This document shows positions 16,673-30,899 of a stretch of DNA of 64,000 nt, piece after piece (position 1 is the first letter of the stretch; every line of letters starts with the position of its first letter). A model generated the notes under the pieces. That model had not been told where the DNA came from. It saw only the letters and a list, made by a program, of their open reading frames with translations, and did no database searches. Location of the stretch: NCBI GenBank assembly GCA_009914755.4, contig CP068257.2:35136001-35200000 (forward strand), in the 5' to 3' direction. The translations under genes were made by a program, and so were the position numbers. Source of the DNA: the human T2T-CHM13v2.0 reference genome, Homo sapiens.

Positions 16673-16782
16673 TAAAATTCAAAAAGGGCAGGAAGGAGAT
16701 TAGACAAAATGTTAATGATGGCTATATTAAGATTTTTTTTCTTTTATTTTAAAACTTTAATATGATGGGTAACCTTTCTTTT

Positions 16783-16975
16783 TTTTTTTCGTTTGAGATG
16801 GGGTCTTATTCTGTCATCTCAGCTAGAGTGCAGTGACTCACTATAGCCTGGACCTCCAGGGCTCAAGGGATCCTCCCACCTCAACTTCCTGAATAGCTGG
16901 GACCACTATGGGTTCATACCACCACACCTGGCTAATTTTTGTATTTTTTGGTAGAGACAGGGTTTGGTAGAGCCC
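16783..16975 (-). mobile_element. Partial Alu (reverse, right arm plus part of left)
   Basis: Reads poly-T then GAGATGGGGTCTTATTCTGTCATCTCAGCTAGAGTGCAGTG ... TTTTTGGTAGAGACAGGGTTT. Lacks the GGCCGGGCG end. Confidence 0.75.
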
Positions 16976-17142
16976 AGGCTGGGTAACCTTTTGATTTAAA
17001 ATTTATTTTGAATTTTTTTTGGAAAAAAGCATATTTTTACATTTAGATATAATATTGTAATTGACTATTCATAAATACAGAACTTCTAAGTATAAGACCA
17101 AAAGGTCCGTTTTAAAAAGAAATAAGACAATTGGCCGGGCGT

Positions 17143-17546
<404 letters not shown>

Positions 17547-17926
17547 CTAACAAGTGAGCAGAAATTCTTGAAACCAGTCTGTTCAGACCCAGTGATAGCC
17601 TTAAACATGGTTTACTTCCTGACCCGGGGACTGTATTTCTACAGAATTGAAGCCTGAGGAGGACTCAGACAGGGACACAAAATAATTCAGGGGCTCAACT
17701 GTTCACCACAGCATTACTGATGCAGTGTGAAAAATCAGAAATAATCCAAACAGCCCACTGTTGAAGAATTAAAAAACCCACAGCAGTCCCACATGAAAGC
17801 CCATCATGTGGTCATCAGTAATGTGGGCAGATGACCACCGGACACTTTTAGGTGATTTAATCAGGATGCAAAATCCTACAGACAGCGTGAGTCCAATCAT
17901 GTTTTGAAGTATGCTTTTAAAAATTA

Positions 17927-18225
<299 letters not shown>

Positions 18226-18565
18226 TTATTAGGAAATATACCAAAATATTAGCTGCAGTTACCTTGGGGAGTGAACATATTTGAAAAATATAGAAAAATA
18301 TTAAGTAGAACATAAGTCATCTAGGTAAGTCCCACTTCTCATTAAAAGTGTATATTCTTTTAGAATTTCTCTCTTTTTAGAAAACACAGATATATTTTAC
18401 AAAGTATTTTTCTGATAATTAAAAATTTTTTATTTTGGAGCTCTTACAATGATGTAGATATATAATTATAGACATTATATTGTTAAAAAGTGAAAAAGAA
18501 GGTTAAAAACAGTATCGTAGAATGATTCTCTTTATATACGATATGTATTTATAGAAAAATACAGG

Positions 18566-18893
<328 letters not shown>

Positions 18894-18914
18894 TTATCTC
18901 AAGAAGGTGGAAGA

Positions 18915-19254
<340 letters not shown>

Positions 19255-22200
19255 TTATGTTGTTCTATATAATCTCTGGGTGGTAAGATTTCAAGTGATT
19301 TTTATTTCTCTCTTATACTTTACTGAATTTTCCAATATTTTTATAATTGTAGTGCATTCATTTTATAAATCCTATTAAAAAAAGATTTATTTAAGCCCAA
19401 CCTATCAGTGGATTAAGCTTGCAGCTGCCAGTTCACTAGTTGGTGGAGCAATCTCCTTTCCAGCACAGATTGGCAAAGAAAGGGCGGCCAAGTGCAGGCA
19501 GCTTTCCCAGGCTGCCATACCTGTCCCGTGGCTCATTCCCTGCCGCACAGGCCAAGGCCACGGAGGGCTGGCAGTCTGCCACTGGGAGCAGCTGGCCTCT
19601 GGAAGCTGGGCTGTACCTCAGACTGGCCTCCCTTTCTAAAAGATGTTGTAAAGTCTTTCTCTGGAAAACACACCCCAAACCCTCCTAAGTCTGAGGCATC
19701 GTGCCCTGCAGCAGTCTGGCATGGGGTGGGTGTGAGGCGACCTCGAAGTCTCCCTCGGGCCTGGAGGGCTTCCTCAGCTCATGGTCCTGGCCTGACACCA
19801 GTCTGTGCTTCTCTTTGCTATCTTCTTTACCCCCCAGTTTTCTCAGCTCTGACCCTGTTCTTAGCTTACAGAGAGACACACACTCTCATGAGTGAAAAAG
19901 AAAGCCAATGGGAGGTGGCGAGGAAGAGGGAGAAGGGGGCCCCAGGCAGTCACACATTGAAGGTTCATAAGTTATTTTTCATTTTAAAAAAGCTGACTGG
20001 AAGATGAATTCCCACTGTTCATAACCCTGCTGCCCTCTGCTTAGTTCAAAGGAAGCAGTGCCGAACTTCATTTCAGAACTACTTTTAACACATATTACAT
20101 TGTAAAAACCAACCATTACATCTGAGTAGCACTTTCTAAAAAGTTAAAACGCTAAAATATCAAGATATTTCATTTTTGTTAAAGTCACACTTTAACAATA
20201 CGATTGATTTTTTTTAAGCTACTTTCTAGGCAGGAATGCACAAGATTGTTTTTTGAAAGGAAATGAACAGTGGTTTCTGCTAAAAAACGCCTCCACCGTA
20301 AAATGGAGTGAGGCCCATGAGACAGCTGTGCAACGCATGGGGACACAGTCAGGGGCAGAAGAGGCCCGACTTCTGACAGGTGACTTCTGAACTGGCGGCA
20401 GGGTCCACGGCACAAAGCTGAGGTGGCTGCCCCAGGACACTGCAGGGTCCTAGCCAGGGACCCTGGGGATATTATTCCTGGCAGCTACAGGAAGGTTCCC
20501 AAGGAACTTTAGAAACATCACAGCAGAGTGGAGACTCAGACAGGGAACGGGACAGATCTGGACTCGAATCCCAGTGTTGATATGAACATGGAGTAAGGGA
20601 ATCCATCTCTCTCAGTCTCTCCAGTCACCTATAAAATGGAACATTTTGTGCAGTGTCAGTAAAAATGAAATATGATGGAATTTGCAAAGTGGTCCCTGTC
20701 ATGTCGATCCTAGAACTTCTTGCTGCCAGAAGACAAGCAGTGCCTCCCCTTACCTCCTCCTCTTGGGGATAAGGAGGGAAGTCAGGGAGACAGAGGGAAG
20801 GAATGGAATGGTGGGGACAAATGTGTGTGTTTTACGACTCCTCAAAAATTCTATACGTGATGCCTCTCCTCTCTGTACCCATCCCTCATCACTTCTACCT
20901 ACACACACTAAGGTGATCTCTATCTGGGCTAAAAACCTTGTAAGTGACACTAGCAATGGGGGATGCAGAATCTTCACTTCCAGTTCTAGGGTCTCTGAAC
21001 CTACTCAGCAAAGCTACACATAGTTTGTTGAACTGGCTCTTCGGCTGACTTTGTTTAGGTGACTGCTTAGAAACACTGTTGGTCAGAGGTGTGCCCAGGC
21101 AGATAATAGAACAGTTTTATTGATATATTCTTCCATTCTATTCTGGATTTGACACTACGGCCTGCCCTTTCCTCAATGCACTCTGTTGGTATGCTTTAAA
21201 TCATATCCCCTTTCCGCTCTTGGTGTAGAACAGGATGAATGTTTCAGTAGGAGGCAACACGGGAATCGGGACTGTTCAAAGAGCAGAGCCATCACAATCC
21301 TCCCACTGGAGCTCCCCAGAAGCAGAGAGATGCCTGTGGGTCAGGCCCTCTGTTAGAGACACCCGCTTCATTTCCGTAGCTCCTGGCATACCTGCCCTTC
21401 TTACGTTTTTGGCTAATCTTCCCCACGTCCAGCATAAGAGCGTCCACATTGCTGCTAAATAAATCATTTCATGGCTCCCAAGGAGCCCAGTGGATTCAGC
21501 TTTCAGAATGAGGCTCCTTTTTGGTAAGTCAAGCATTTACTAATGTTGGTCTGTATTATCCAATCAAAGTGAATACAAGCCACTGTTTCTTACCCTGACA
21601 CTTCACCATAAATACTAGATGCCTGCGCATCCACTGCCTTCTATCTTAAACTGGTGCTATTACAGAATTTACAGATGAGCAAAGAAGCTTGCATAGAGAG
21701 AAATATTCATGGTGCCCACAGCCACCTCTGTGGCTGTACCTCAGCGGTAGCCCTGATGGCAGATCCCTGCCTCTGACGGCGAGCCTTCACTGCGCCACTG
21801 CACACCAGTACTCAGACTATCTGTCCCCACTCCTCCGCCAGGAGTCTCCGGATCCTCCACAAGATCCTCTCAACCCCCCTTTCAGGCTGGTCAGATCTCA
21901 TAAATATGTCCATCTTCTACAACTGGGTGTGGAGCGGCTCCTGGTGGAGAGTGTCCACAGCCTTGACCATAAGTCACCTGCCCCTAAAGAGGGTCTGCTA
22001 CTGGGAAGTGCTGCCGCTATTTCAGAGGATGGACACCGACTCACGTGGACGACACAGCAAGCAGACGTCTGCGAACAGTGTTTCTGCAGGCACCAGGTAG
22101 ATGTTTCAACTGGTCACCTGGAATTCACACCAATTTTTTGTGCTATGAGTGGCATTTTAGGTTCGTGATCTCATCCAAGCCTTCCAAAGCTGAGAAGAAG

Positions 22201-22554
22201 TCCTTCCTCACAGACAAGAGGACACAGTCTCAGAAAGGCAAAACCACTGCTATAAAGCCACATAGCAAGCAAACCAGAAATTCAAATCATGTTCTGGTTG
22301 GTTGTAAGGTCTATAATACTTTTTTCTTTTTAACCTTTTACTTCGAAATAATATCAGACTTAAAGAAAAGTTACAGGAAGAGTACAAAGCATTCCTACAT
22401 GCCCTTCACACAGCACCCAGATTTCCTAAAGGTTCACTTTTTACCATATATGTTTTGTCCATCTGTCTATCCATCATTATTTTCTGAACCAGTTGAGAGT
22501 GAGCTGCAGCCCTAATGTCTCTGTATTCCTATATGCGTCTGTGTAGCTTCCTAA

Positions 22555-22923
<369 letters not shown>

Positions 22924-24151
22924 TGATATGGCACTATTATCTAATCCAGAGGTCAGCAGAATTCTCTATAAAAGGTCAGAGAGTAAATACTGTAGGCTCT
23001 GCAGCCGTATGGTTTCTGTGCTCAATTGCTCAAACCTGCCGTCCGAGGGCAAAGGCAGCCATGCCTGTGTCTCAACATTTACGGACATAAAAATTTGAAT
23101 TTTACATAATGTTTGTGTATCACAATATATTCCTTTTAACTAATAGGCTTTTTTATTTTTTTTAGAGCAACTTTAGGTTTACAGAAAAATTGTGCAGAAA
23201 GAGTTCCCATATGTCCCCTTCCCCAACAGTTTCCTTATCATTCACATCTTGCTGTGGTGTGGTCATTTGTTACGATTTCTGAAGCAGTCTTGGTATAGGA
23301 TTATTAACCACAGCTCACTGCTTCTGTTAGGGTTCGTGCTTTGTGCTGTACATTCTGTGGGTTTTGATAAATGCATCGCATCTTGTGGCCACCATGTCAG
23401 CATTACACAGAACAGTTTCCCTGCCCTAAAAATTCCCCTGTGCTTCACTTATTCATCCCTCATCCCTTCCCCTCCCCAAACCCTTTGGCAACCACCGGTA
23501 TTTTTACTCTCTCTATAGTTTTGCCTTTCCCAAAGTGTCATATAAATTTTATTCTTTAAAATTTTTTCTGACCCTTTAAAATGTAAAAAAACATGCTTAG
23601 CTCTCATGCGGCACGAAAACTGGCAGCAGGCCAGACTCGGCCCAAGGGCCAAACTTTGCCAACCCCAGATCTCATCTATAGAGTGTATTCAAATTGTGTC
23701 CATTGTCCTAGTAATAATGCTCTTTTTTTCTGGTCTAAGATCAAATCCAGGATCATCTGATGCATTGAGCTGTCACGGCTTCTTCGTCTCCTTTAATCTG
23801 GTTCAGTTTCTTAGTCTTTTTGTTTTTCATGATCCAGACATTTTTGGAAGAGCAGGGGCAGTTATTTTGTCCTATGTCCCTCAATTTAGATAATCAGATA
23901 CCCCCGTTATAAGACTCAGGGGTGCATTTCTAGCAGGAATACATGGAAGCGATATTGTGACCTCAGGGCCTGACATCGGGAGGCAGGCAGTGCTGTCTCC
24001 TGACATCAGGGATGTTAACTTTGACCCACAGGGTTATGTGGTTTGTGCTGGGTTTTCCCACTAAATTGCCTTTGTAATTAATAAGCACTTATGGGGAGAT
24101 AAATCTATTTCTCATGAAATTTAATCTATTAGTTTTAGTATCCATGAATGA

Positions 24152-24479
<328 letters not shown>

Positions 24480-24486
24480 TGCTTGA

Positions 24487-24792
<306 letters not shown>

Positions 24793-25485
24793 GAATCAAT
24801 TATTTACTTGATGGTTGCCAAACAGATTTTTCTGAACCATCATTTCTTCCATATTCACTTGTGAGGTTCTACTGTAAGGAGTAACTTTTTCTTCTCCCCT
24901 CCACTTATTATTTATCTTTTAATTTATTTATATCAGAGTAGACTTATAGATTCTTATTATTTCAGTAGATTGTATGCCTTCCTATCATTTTTTATTTTGA
25001 TACTCAAATAGCCACATATCTGGCAAGTGAATGCTCCTTCAGTCTGGCTCCTGGGTCTTACTGGTGTGTCCCAGTCATCTTTCAGCATAAGAGGTCTCTA
25101 CTTTCAGGCATAAGAGGTTCTAGGCTCATCTTGAACTTTCTCAGCCCCTGCCCTGGAATCAGCGATTTCTCCAAGGAGCTCTGGTTCCTTTTGGTGAAAA
25201 ACGGTCTTTTAAAAAAACTGGGGCTAAGAAAGAGATAGAAAATGTGTGCATGTGTGTCTAGGGTGTATATATGCATTACAATTGTCCCTTGGTATTCATG
25301 GAGGATTTGTTCCAGACTGCCTCCCAAGTCCCACAGTGAGCTCTGTGGAACCTGAGTACACAAAAAATTGGCCCTCCATATACATGGGTTTCACATCCCA
25401 TGAATAATCTGCTTTGGTTGAAAAAATTCCATGTGTAGTAGACCCCTGCAGTTCATACCCCTGATGAATCAAAGGTCAACTGTAT

Positions 25486-25615
25486 TTCCTTCCGTCCATC
25501 CATCCCTCCCTCCTTCCTTCCTTCCCTCCTTCCTTCTTTCTTTCTTCCTTCCTCTAGATTCTCATCTTCTTTCTCTATCTAATCTATCCATCTACCACCC
25601 ATCCATCCATCCAGT
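25486..25615. repeat. Low-complexity (TTCC)n/(TCCA)n pyrimidine-rich tract
   Basis: Reads ttccttccgtccatccatccctccctccttccttccttccctccttccttctttctttcttccttcc ... ccatccatccatcc. Confidence 0.9.
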
Positions 25616-26466
25616 TTGAAAACCATAAGTTCATCATAAACTCCAATCCAATCCAATACCACAAGGTTCATTCTAGCCCCTCCTTTTCTATATTCATAAA
25701 TTCTTTCTCCAATAGTGGGAAATCTGGCTTGCATTATCTACACTATTTATTCATTTGCTCAATGCCATAATACACAGGGGGAAGTGGTCTCAGCAGTGCT
25801 GACCCATATTACTGCGAAATCACACTTACTAACTAGAGTTCAATATTTGTTTACAGTTTTTTTTGCCCTTAGCCTGAGGGTATAGATTCAAATATTGTAT
25901 TGAACATTTCCTTGGATTTGTTCTTTTTTTTTCCCCTTTACTTTAGTGTGGTTATTTTATTTGTCTGAAATCAGGTTAGGTTTAACTGTACTTCTATATT
26001 ACATTTTACCCCCACACCCAAACCCCACCAATCCTTCTTTCTTTTTCATTGTTTAACCTGGTTCAGAGTCGGAACTGTACACAGACAAGTATACTCCGAG
26101 AAGTGTCACACTCCCCTACCCATTCCTTCTACCTAGGTCTCCCACTCCACCTCCTTTCTGTAAACCACAAATCAAAATCTCATTCATTTCTGGTTTATTC
26201 TTCCTGTGTTCCTTTTTGCATAAATGAATGGATACATGCATATTTTCTTATTTCCTTGTCTTCCTTACAGAAAGTTACCATTTTGTAGATGCTCTTTTGT
26301 CTCCCCCATCCACCTACCCCACACAATTAATATACCCGGGAACCACTAGGTTGCATACTCCTTATGAGAATCTAAGGCCTGATGATCTGAGGTGGAGCTG
26401 AGGCGGTGTTGCTAGTGCTGGGGAGCAGCTGCAAATAAGTTCACAGAGCTTTTCCTCATTTTTTCT

Positions 26467-26730
26467 TTTTTTCAGACGGAGTCTCACTCTGTTGCCCAGG
26501 CTGGAGTGCAGTGGCGCGATCCCAGGTTCACACCATTCTCCTGCCTCAGCCTCCCAAGTAGCTGGAACTACAGGTGCCCACCACCACGCCTGGCTTTTTT
26601 TTTGTATTTTTAGTAGAGATGGGGTTTCACCATGTTAGCCAGGATGGTCTCGATCTCCTGACCTCGTGATCCGCCTGCCTCAGCCTCCCAAAGTGCTGGG
26701 ATTACAGGCATAAGCCACCGCACCCGGCTC
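26467..26730 (-). mobile_element. Alu SINE (reverse) with an internal deletion
   Basis: Reads TTTTTTTCAGACGGAGTCTCACTCTGTTGCCCAGGCTGGAGTGCAGTGGCGCGATC|CCAGGTTCACACCATTCTCC ... AAGCCACCGCACCCGGC. About 40 bp of the consensus is missing. Confidence 0.88.
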
Positions 26731-27129
26731 CTCATTTCTTCTTAAAGCTGAGCAGACTCCATTCTGTGGATGTAGCACAGCCTCTTCAACCACTCTTTTA
26801 TGTATAGGCATTTAGGTAGTTCCTAAAAGGACAGTATAATGAACACTCTTATTCGCATGGATTTTTATATTGCTGGAGGTATATCTTCAGGGTAAATTGC
26901 TGGAAGTGGGATGCTGAGCCAGAAGGTAAACACACTGGTAGCTTTATCAGATTCTGCCAGAACCCCCACTACTGCACACAGCCACGCAGAGATACCTGTT
27001 TCCCTACAGCCTAACCAATGGACAGTGGCGTGTGTCTGTGCATGTGCGTGTGTATACACAGTCAATGACCAGTTAATGTCTTTTGAGTTAACTCAAAAGT
27101 TAAGAGTTTCTTATATATTAGGGCAGAGT

Positions 27130-27400
27130 CCCCAGCTCTGCCCCACCCCCCCACCCCCCAGGCTGCACAGCAGGAGGTGAGAAGCAGGCAGGCAGGTGAG
27201 TAAGAAAGCTAGAAAAGCTTCCTCTGTATTTACAGCCGCTCCCCACAGCTCACGTTACCACCTGAGCTCCACTTCCTGTCAGATCAGCAGCAGCATTAGA
27301 TTCTCATAGGAGCCCTACTGTGAACTGCGCATGCAAGGGATCTAGGTTGCATACTCCTTATGAGAATCTAAGGCCTGATGATCTGAGGTGGAGCTGAGGC
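27130..27400. repeat. Unclassified interspersed repeat (MER/DNA-transposon-like). Its last 58 bp are also present at 26343-26400
   Basis: Reads ...tcagcagcagcattagattctcataggagccctactgtgaactgcgcatgcaagggatctaggttgcatactccttatgagaatctaaggcctgatgatctgaggtgg. The family is not recognised from memory. Confidence 0.4.
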
Positions 27401-27478
27401 GGAGGTTGCAGTGAGCTGAGATCATGCCATTGCACTCCAGCCTAGACAACAGGAGCGCGAAACTCTGTCTCAAAAAAA
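27401..27478 (+). mobile_element. Alu 3'-end fragment (last about 65 bp plus A(17) tail) fused directly to the preceding repeat
   Basis: Reads AGGTTGCAGTGAGCTGAGATCATGCCATTGCACTCCAGCCTAGACAACAGGAGCGCGAAACTCTGTCTC, then A17. Confidence 0.8.
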
Positions 27479-27499
27479 AAAAAAAAAAGCCTTGATGGT

Positions 27500-28600
27500 A
27501 TTTTTAGTCTAAGTGCATTAAATGTATAAATTAACTTGGGGAGAACTGACCATCTTTGTGATTTTGAGTTGTCCTACCTATGAGCAAAGGATGACTTACA
27601 TTTGTTCAAATATACTTTTGTGTCTTTCAGATTGTTTTAAAGTGATCTTGTGTTGATTGTGCATATTTCTTATGCACTATCTTACGTATTTTATCTTATT
27701 TGTTGCTATTATGAATATATCCCATAATTTCCTTTAACTAGTTATTGCTTGTTGTATATAAAAACTATTGATTTCTGTATAATAATTTTATATCCTGCTC
27801 TATTACTGAATTCTCTTATTGTTTGAGTTAGAGAATCACTGATTCTTTAAGGTTTCTCATTTCCTCTGCAAACAGATAGTTTTATTTCTTTTTCAATGAT
27901 ACCTTTAATTGACTTCTCTTGTCTGTTTGGATTGGCTAATACCTTTAGTACAATGCCAAACAGAGGTGGAGACAGTGGGCCTCCTTGCCATGTTTCTTAG
28001 TGTTTCCCTGCTATATAAGATGCTATCTAGGACTCACAGACACTTACAAGTCAGTAAATTATCCACTAAGTCCTATTTTTGGAATTTTTAAAAATCAGGA
28101 CAGGGTGTTGAATTTTATAAAGTGTTTTCTCAGTATCTATGGAAATAATCATACATTTTTCTTTTTTGATCTATTAACATATTAATGAGTTAAGAGATCT
28201 ATTAATTTTTTTAATATTAAACCAATCTTGCATTCCTAGAAAAAAAAATCACATTTGTCTTAATGTTAGATTCTGTTAGTTAATATTTATTTAGAATTTC
28301 TGCATTGATGCTCATTAGTGATACTGGCCTGTAATTTTTATACTGTCTTTAACAGATTTAAGTATCAATATTATTTACTTCATTAAAATGAATTTGAAAA
28401 TTTTCCTTCATTTTTGATGAGCCCATCCTTTTTCCACTGAAGTACTCCTTCTGAGGAAGACTAAAAAAAAATTTCTGCCAATGATCCTGTAGGAAAATTC
28501 CAAAAGAAACCTTTTTGATTTCTTCTTGAAATAGCTTTCAGAACTCCTGTTCTCAATCAAATATCTTTGCACCTACAGGTCTATGTGAGGTACTTGCAGC
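27500..28600 (-). mobile_element. Old L1 (LINE-1) fragment, ORF2 region, antisense to the plus strand
   Basis: Reads ...gggtgttgaattttataaagtgttttctcagtatctatggaaataatcat..., which parallels the reverse complement of L1 ORF2 (tgttgaattttatcaaaggctttttctgcatctattgagat). AT-rich and diverged. Confidence 0.5.
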
Positions 28601-28897
28601 ACATGGGTAGTAAGACAATGAGTTTATATTAATGTGGACTACATTTAAGAATCTACATATAAGAACCTTAACTGAGGCTTTACCTTAATACTCCAGACAA
28701 ACAGGCTGGAGACCTGACCTCCTTAAGAGGTCTGGACCAGTTCTGGTAGAGATCAGCCCAGAATGACCAGGCCTCTGAACATTCCACAAAACGTGTTCCA
28801 TGGAGAGGGTGTAGAGGAGAATAGGGAGCATTACCGAACAGCAAAGGAAAACACTTTAAGACTCTCCTCAACCATTTCCATTAAAATTTCAGAAACA

Positions 28898-29215
28898 GGC
28901 CAGGTGCAGTGGCTCATGCCTGTAATCCCAGCACTTTTGGAGGCCGAGGCAGGTGGATCACCTGAGGTCAGGAGTTTGAGACCAACGTGGCCAACATAGT
29001 GAAACCCCATCTCTACTAAAAATACTACTAAAAATTAGCTGAGCATAGTGGCAGGCACCTGTAGTCCCAGATACTCACGAGGCTGAGGCACAAGAATCAC
29101 TTGAACTTGGGAGGCAGAGACTGCCGAGATCACACCACTGCACTCCAGCCTGGGCGACAGAGTGAGACTCTGTCTCCGAAAAAAACCAAAACCAAAACAA
29201 AGAAAACCTCCAGAA
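28898..29215 (+). mobile_element. Alu SINE
   Basis: Starts GGCCAGGTGCAGTGGCTCATGCCTGTAATCCCAGCAC and has a tail with (AAACC/AAAAC) units. Confidence 0.9.
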
Positions 29216-29968
29216 ACAGATGAGAACATATTTAGATGTTTTGTATTGTATTAATACTTTTTGCTCAATTTTAACAAATGCCTCAGTCTTTGCTAGGAGC
29301 TACCCACCTCAACAAGCATGGGTTCCTGGCCATACCATCAAGGTCACAGAGGCAAAGCTGCCTCCAGAGCTAGGCTCTCAAACAATGCTGCCCATCAGAA
29401 TCGCCTGCAGTTTTAAAACACAAAGCAAAAACAAACTGATGCTAAGACCCCAGATACCCTCTGAATCCCAACCTCCAGAGCCAGAGCTTGGGTGTGTCCC
29501 AGATGATTAGAATGCAGCTGGTCCAAAGACTGGGGTTCTAAAACCACTGTTCCCAAAGCTATTTTTCAATGACTTTTTTAAAACTACATTTCTTTTAAAA
29601 AATTTCCAGAGCTACAACATCAAAGAGGCAGTAATTCTCTTCTGGTTCCTTCAATGATTGAAATGAAGCATCGCATTATTTTGATATTTACTAGGACGGC
29701 ACAACAACAGTCCCACAGATGGAGAGATTTCATTTTCTAGAGCCAGAGGGTGGTAGGTAGTCGAGGAAAAGGAAAAAGGGGAAAGGAACAAAGAACTGGC
29801 ATTCGGACACAAAGTGTGCACCACAAAGTGCCATTACGTGCAAGACAGCCACTTAGTGTGTCTGAATCCCTGTTGGTGTTCTGTCTCCCTACAGTGGCTT
29901 CATTCGCGATCACCAGATGTCAGGTCTGCCAGATGTCGTTTTTAGCACCATGAAGCATAGCAAGGGCT

Positions 29969-30062
29969 GGTGTCTCGCACACACACAAGCATGTGTGCAC
30001 ATGCACACACACACATGCACATACACACACACATACATGCACAAATCCACACACACACACAC
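29969..30062. repeat. Compound imperfect (CA)n/(CACATG)n microsatellite
   Basis: Reads cacacacaagcatgtgtgcacatgcacacacacacatgcacatacacacacacatacatgcacaaatccacacacacacacac. Confidence 0.9.
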
Positions 30063-30509
30063 TTGACTGCCACCTCAATATGGCAGGCTTCCAACAGTGA
30101 GCACACCAGCCAACATGGCACCATCTTTCCACTCACTGTAAGATTTCTCCAAGGTCTTATAAATGAATGAATGAACGGGCCATGGGGAAGGGGTATCTTC
30201 AGCTATAGATCTCAAGATTCTACACTGCAAGCAAGCCAGTGGTTCCTTTGACTGAGCACCCATCCACATGCTGGGCCCTTGGTATGAGCCATGTTCTCAT
30301 TTAAATGTCCCAGTGACTCTCAAGACATCATCATTGCCAAGTAGTCTCATTTTACTGCTGATAAGTGGAAGCTACACCGGAGAAGTGGCCTGGTGAGATC
30401 AGAGAACAGTCAACCAGGTTTGCCTGGCTCAGAGGCCCATCTTCTGACTCACTAGGAAAGAATCTTTTGCTTTTATCAAAACAGAATTTCAAGGTAGAAA
30501 TACCACCTC

Positions 30510-30899
<390 letters not shown>

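Noticed and set aside
21689-22168. 159-aa plus-strand ORF in unique, moderately GC-rich sequence. Minus-strand frames were also examined as a possible missing upstream HLCS exon
   Set aside because: No recognisable domain, biased Pro/Ser/Leu composition, and no acceptor or donor pairs framing it. The minus-strand frames do not encode the expected ...FAEVTPTTMRLLDG segment. Most likely a chance ORF.
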